A DNA stretch of 64,000 bases, taken from assembly GCA_013239625.1 (NCBI GenBank), contig MU053758.1, positions 806,001 through 870,000 of the forward strand, in the 5' to 3' direction. Made by a program: the position numbers and the translations under genes. A model generated the notes under the pieces. That model had not been told where the DNA came from and did no database searches. It saw nothing but the letters and a program-made list of their open reading frames with translations. Below, piece after piece: positions 60,906-64,000 of this stretch (positions are counted from its first letter, which is position 1; every line of letters starts with the position of its first letter). Origin of the DNA: Lama guanicoe (taxonomy: Eukaryota).

Positions 60906-61714
60906 TAATCTAATAAAATTAAGAAGAAAGACATAGAAAGAAAAATTATACAGTTTGACTTTGGGCAAACCCAAGAATTTTCTAAATGGCATTGTTAGCT
61001 GAGACAAATTTGTACTATTGTTAGATACCAGGGGTGTTTTGCCATTCTTGTCCCTTGGTGCACAAAGAATCAAGTATATGCTTCTGTAATTTTTAAAATC
61101 CTAGAATATATATTCTTCGTTATATTTAGCTACTATTCTTCAGGTTTTCTCTATTACTACAGTGCTACAAATGTATACCTAGGCTAAACGAGAAGTTTTT
61201 TCAGTTGTCTTACCTGTCCATAGACTAGTGGATAGTAATATTCATTTTATAAGTCTGTTTTTCAGTTTTGTTTTTATAAATAAAAAATGTCACACCACTG
61301 GCAGGTATTTTTCCATTATTTTTAAAATAAATTTATGCTGTTACAAAGATAATACATAACCAGATCAACACTTAAGAGAAAGAGGTTTTAAGTGCCATAT
61401 AGAAATTAAGCTGTGGACCACTAAATAATGGCCACAATGTTATTTTCTTGTTTTCTAAGTCCTCCCTTTAAAGATATCTGAATTAGAGGATTTCCTTACA
61501 AATAAATTCCTTAATTAGTCTGGAATTACAAAGGACCTTTTTTAAAGCACAATTTGAAGTCATACTGATTTTGCCCATCAGTCTTAATGAGTAATGTTTG
61601 ATATGGGAGCAGGCAGCCTCTAGTTGGAGAGCATCACAGGAGCCAGGAGCAGTCAGGAATGTTAGAAGGGGTGCCATGATGATGGCCAAGAATTTCATGG
61701 TTCCTGATTGGACA

Positions 61715-61785
61715 CCAGTGGAGTGGAGTGCTTAAAAACTTGGGCTGTGAATCTAGACTGCCTGATCTGAATACAGATTCTATCT
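61715..61785 (+). mobile_element. MIR 5' head fragment
   Basis: 'gagtgcttaaaaacttgggctgtgaatctagactgcctgatctgaatacagattct'. Confidence 0.55.
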
Positions 61786-61786
61786 T

Positions 61787-62255
61787 GAGTGTTTATAACA
61801 GCTTTATTCACAATAGCCCAAAACTGAAAACAACTCAAGTATCCATCAGTTGATGAATAAACAAACGTTGATATATCCATATGATGGAATACTATTCAGC
61901 AATAAAAAGTGATAAACTACTGATACACGTAATGACATCAATGGATTGCAAAGATTTTATGCTAATCGAAGGAAGCCAGACATAAAAAATTAGATACCAT
62001 ATGATTTCATTTGCAGAACATTGTTAAAAAGTCAAAACTATAGATAGAAAAATAGATCAGTGGTTGCCAGGGCCAGGATGAAGGGAGTACACTGACTGCA
62101 AATGGGCACAAGGGAACTTTGTGGAGTGATGGAAATATTCTGTATCTTGATTTGGTAATTATTATACAAATATATAATGTATTTTTTTCAAAATTCATTA
62201 AACTGTACATTTTAAAAGAATTCTATTTTATGTAAATGGTATCTCAATAAAATAT
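61787..62255 (+). mobile_element. L1MB/L1ME-type 3' end
   Basis: 'cagctttattcacaatagcccaaaactgaaaacaactcaagtatccatca...tggaatactattcagcaataaaaag...gatcagtggttgccagggc...gtgatggaaatattctgtatcttga...atctcaataaa'. Confidence 0.88.
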
Positions 62256-63419
62256 TCAAAATCAAATATATAAAATACATTTTCCAGAACCCTTTTTGAT
62301 TTGTCTGGCTTCTGTGAATAAGCCTCTTGTTATTGCTGAAGGTCATGTCTTTCTAGAACCAAGGGATATACGAGTTCTTTGTCACATGTATATCCTCTTA
62401 TATATCTTCCATCTTCTGGTAAAACTATAACAACAGGGCCCCAGGGGGATAAAGATAGCAAAAGGGACCCTGAGTTAAATATTGGTCTTAGAAGACAAGC
62501 TCCCAGAAGGAACTGTAAGCCCAAAAGAGAGGGACTTAAGGAAAGTGAAGCTGGCCCAGGCTACAGAGAGAGGAAGACGGAGACCAGAGTGTTGGCTGGC
62601 CCTAGGAAAGGAGGAGGGGATGAGGTGGCCTTGTTGGGGAAAGGGAAGCTGAGAGAGTGAGATGAAATGTACCTCTTAAGGTGTCACAGCTCTCAAATTA
62701 ACATGTTTACACATTCATGACACCCAAGTGGCTTCAATTTCTCGGCAGTGGAATTTCTCACATAATTAAGTTTTTAGAAAAAAATTCATTTTTTGCCATT
62801 AAAAAACCTGACAAATGGTCCACATGTATCATTTGGACACAGGTCACATTACCCAGATAATGAAGTCTTTCATGTAAAATTTCCAGTAGATTTTTAACAT
62901 GCAAAAGTCCTCCCCATATGTTATCCTGCATTGATCTGATTGGAGCTGTTAGTGTCTAGTGGATCAATGATCAGCAAACTAAAAAGTCACTTAGTGACTA
63001 TGACACTCATGGCAGTGTTAGAATCTATTGTGTCAGGAATTCTTGTTTTATTAACTCTGTAATTGCCTGTTCAGCTGAACCGGTGAATTTTATTACACAT
63101 TTCCTTTCACCTGAACAAGACCTTTGCACTGCTACCAGTGCCCTGAGGATGCTCCATTTTTTCTCTGCTCCATGTCTTTCTCAAATGCCCTATGGCTTTA
63201 CTGCCATCTGTTTAGGCAGAGACGTGTGTGGGAAGGAGGGCTTTAAGAATACCACCGCTTTGCTCTGAAGCTGTTAAGCGGCCCCACCCTGCAGCAGGTT
63301 TGCCTCCATTGGGACACTTAGGCCTTGAGAAGAAAAAAGTCGACAGTGCAACTCTGCTTGCTATGTGTTGGTGTTTCTCTAAACAAGGACCATAATGCCA
63401 GGTGGCATGGGAATTAACA

Positions 63420-63550
63420 GCATTCACTTTGGAGGCAGGTCCAGGGCGGACTCCTGGCTCTGCCAGTTGTCAAGTTAAATAAACTCTCTCAGCCTCAGTT
63501 GCCTTGTGTGTAATGGGGGAGGACAGGAATAGTTCCTCCCTCATAGTAAC
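63420..63550 (+). mobile_element. MIR fragment
   Basis: 'ctttggaggcagg...tcctggctctgcca...caagttaaataaactctctcagcctcagttgccttgtgtgtaatggggg...cctccctcatag'. Confidence 0.7.
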
Positions 63551-63552
63551 AC

Positions 63553-64000
63553 ATGGATGTCTTGCCAGCACCTCAGATTCAACATGCCTGACACTTCCTT
63601 CCCTCTGACACATCCCTGTGCCTCTTCTACTTTCTCTTGGAAAATGGTACAATCTTCTTTGACCAACCAGTGCTCTTGCTCATCCCATCCCAACATCCAG
63701 CAGTCACCACATCCTATCAACTTGCCTCCTAAATGTTTCTCTGATACATCCATTACTCTTCATCCCCACCGTCTCTGCCCAAGCCCATGCCATTACCATT
63801 TCTCATCTGGACTACTAATCATTCAACTGGACTTCCCAAAATCACTCTTAGCTTCTTTTAATAAGGTTACCATGCTGCCATTATTCAATGATTTCTGTTA
63901 TCCTTAGAATTGAATTCAACATCACTAACACATCCAAAAAGACTCTGTATGATTTCATTCTTTTCTCCACCCTCATGTCACTCCTCTTGGGTATTGTTGT
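63553..64000 (+). mobile_element. L2 LINE internal fragment
   Basis: 'tggatgtcttgccagcacctcagattcaacatgcc...aacatccagcagtcaccacatcctatcaacttgcctcctaaatgtttctc...ccatttctcatctggactact'. Confidence 0.8.

Larger units (their letters stand above)
696..64000 (+). other. SKAP1: SKAP1 long intron (intron 4), continues past window end
   Basis: Starts with GTGAGT donor. The next expected exon (MEDIVKGAQELDNVIKQGYLEKK-like, start of the PH domain) was not found in the window. Confidence 0.85.

Noticed and set aside
50922..63079. Identical 14-mer CCTGTTCAGCTGAA at 50922 and 63066
   Set aside because: Several exact 14-mer matches are expected by chance in 64 kb, and the flanks are unrelated.
25249..63292. 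Similar ~20-mers TTAAGCGGGCCACCCAGCA (~25249) and TTAAGCGGCCCCACCCTGCA (~63273)
   Set aside because: Gapped short match with no flanking similarity; probably chance.
674..63907. All supplied six-frame ORFs as independent genes
   Set aside because: They are short and low-complexity, many lie within L1/L2/MIR or microsatellites, and none has a recognisable domain. Only the first codons of 674..907 overlap the real SKAP1 exon frame.
1..64000. CRISPR arrays, operons, tRNA/rRNA genes or processed pseudogenes
   Set aside because: The sequence is a mammalian intron. I found no regularly spaced repeats, cloverleaf, rRNA similarity or retrocopy ORF.

Overview
AT-rich mammalian genomic DNA, probably a cetartiodactyl and possibly a camelid (inferred from one lineage-type L1 3' end and no recognisable Alu, B1, Bov-A or PRE-1 SINEs). 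The only protein-coding sequence I can support is one 117-nt internal exon at 579-695 (+). It translates to (G)[38 protein letters not shown](G), which I recognise as exon 4 of SKAP1 (SKAP55, T-cell adaptor). It is 5 codons longer than the human exon as I recall it. The rest of the window is the start of the very long following intron, with ancient repeats (MIR, L2, L3/CR1, L1M, MER3, MER58B, ERVL-type LTR) and repeat-poor blocks that look conserved. The most notable signal is a repeat-poor block at ~29.4-32.9 kb. It holds many nuclear-receptor/retinoic-acid direct repeats (perfect DR2, three DR1, Hox-type DR5s, a RORE), a MEIS+PBX-HOX module and an octamer/double E-box/CTCF module. I interpret it as a candidate long-range retinoid/TALE enhancer cluster for the neighbouring HOXB cluster. 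Other leads are a candidate recursive-splicing site with RS-exon, a candidate poison exon, several strong fold-back structures and a twin-primed L1. The supplied ORFs are otherwise treated as spurious. Repeat boundaries and family names were assigned by eye and are approximate.
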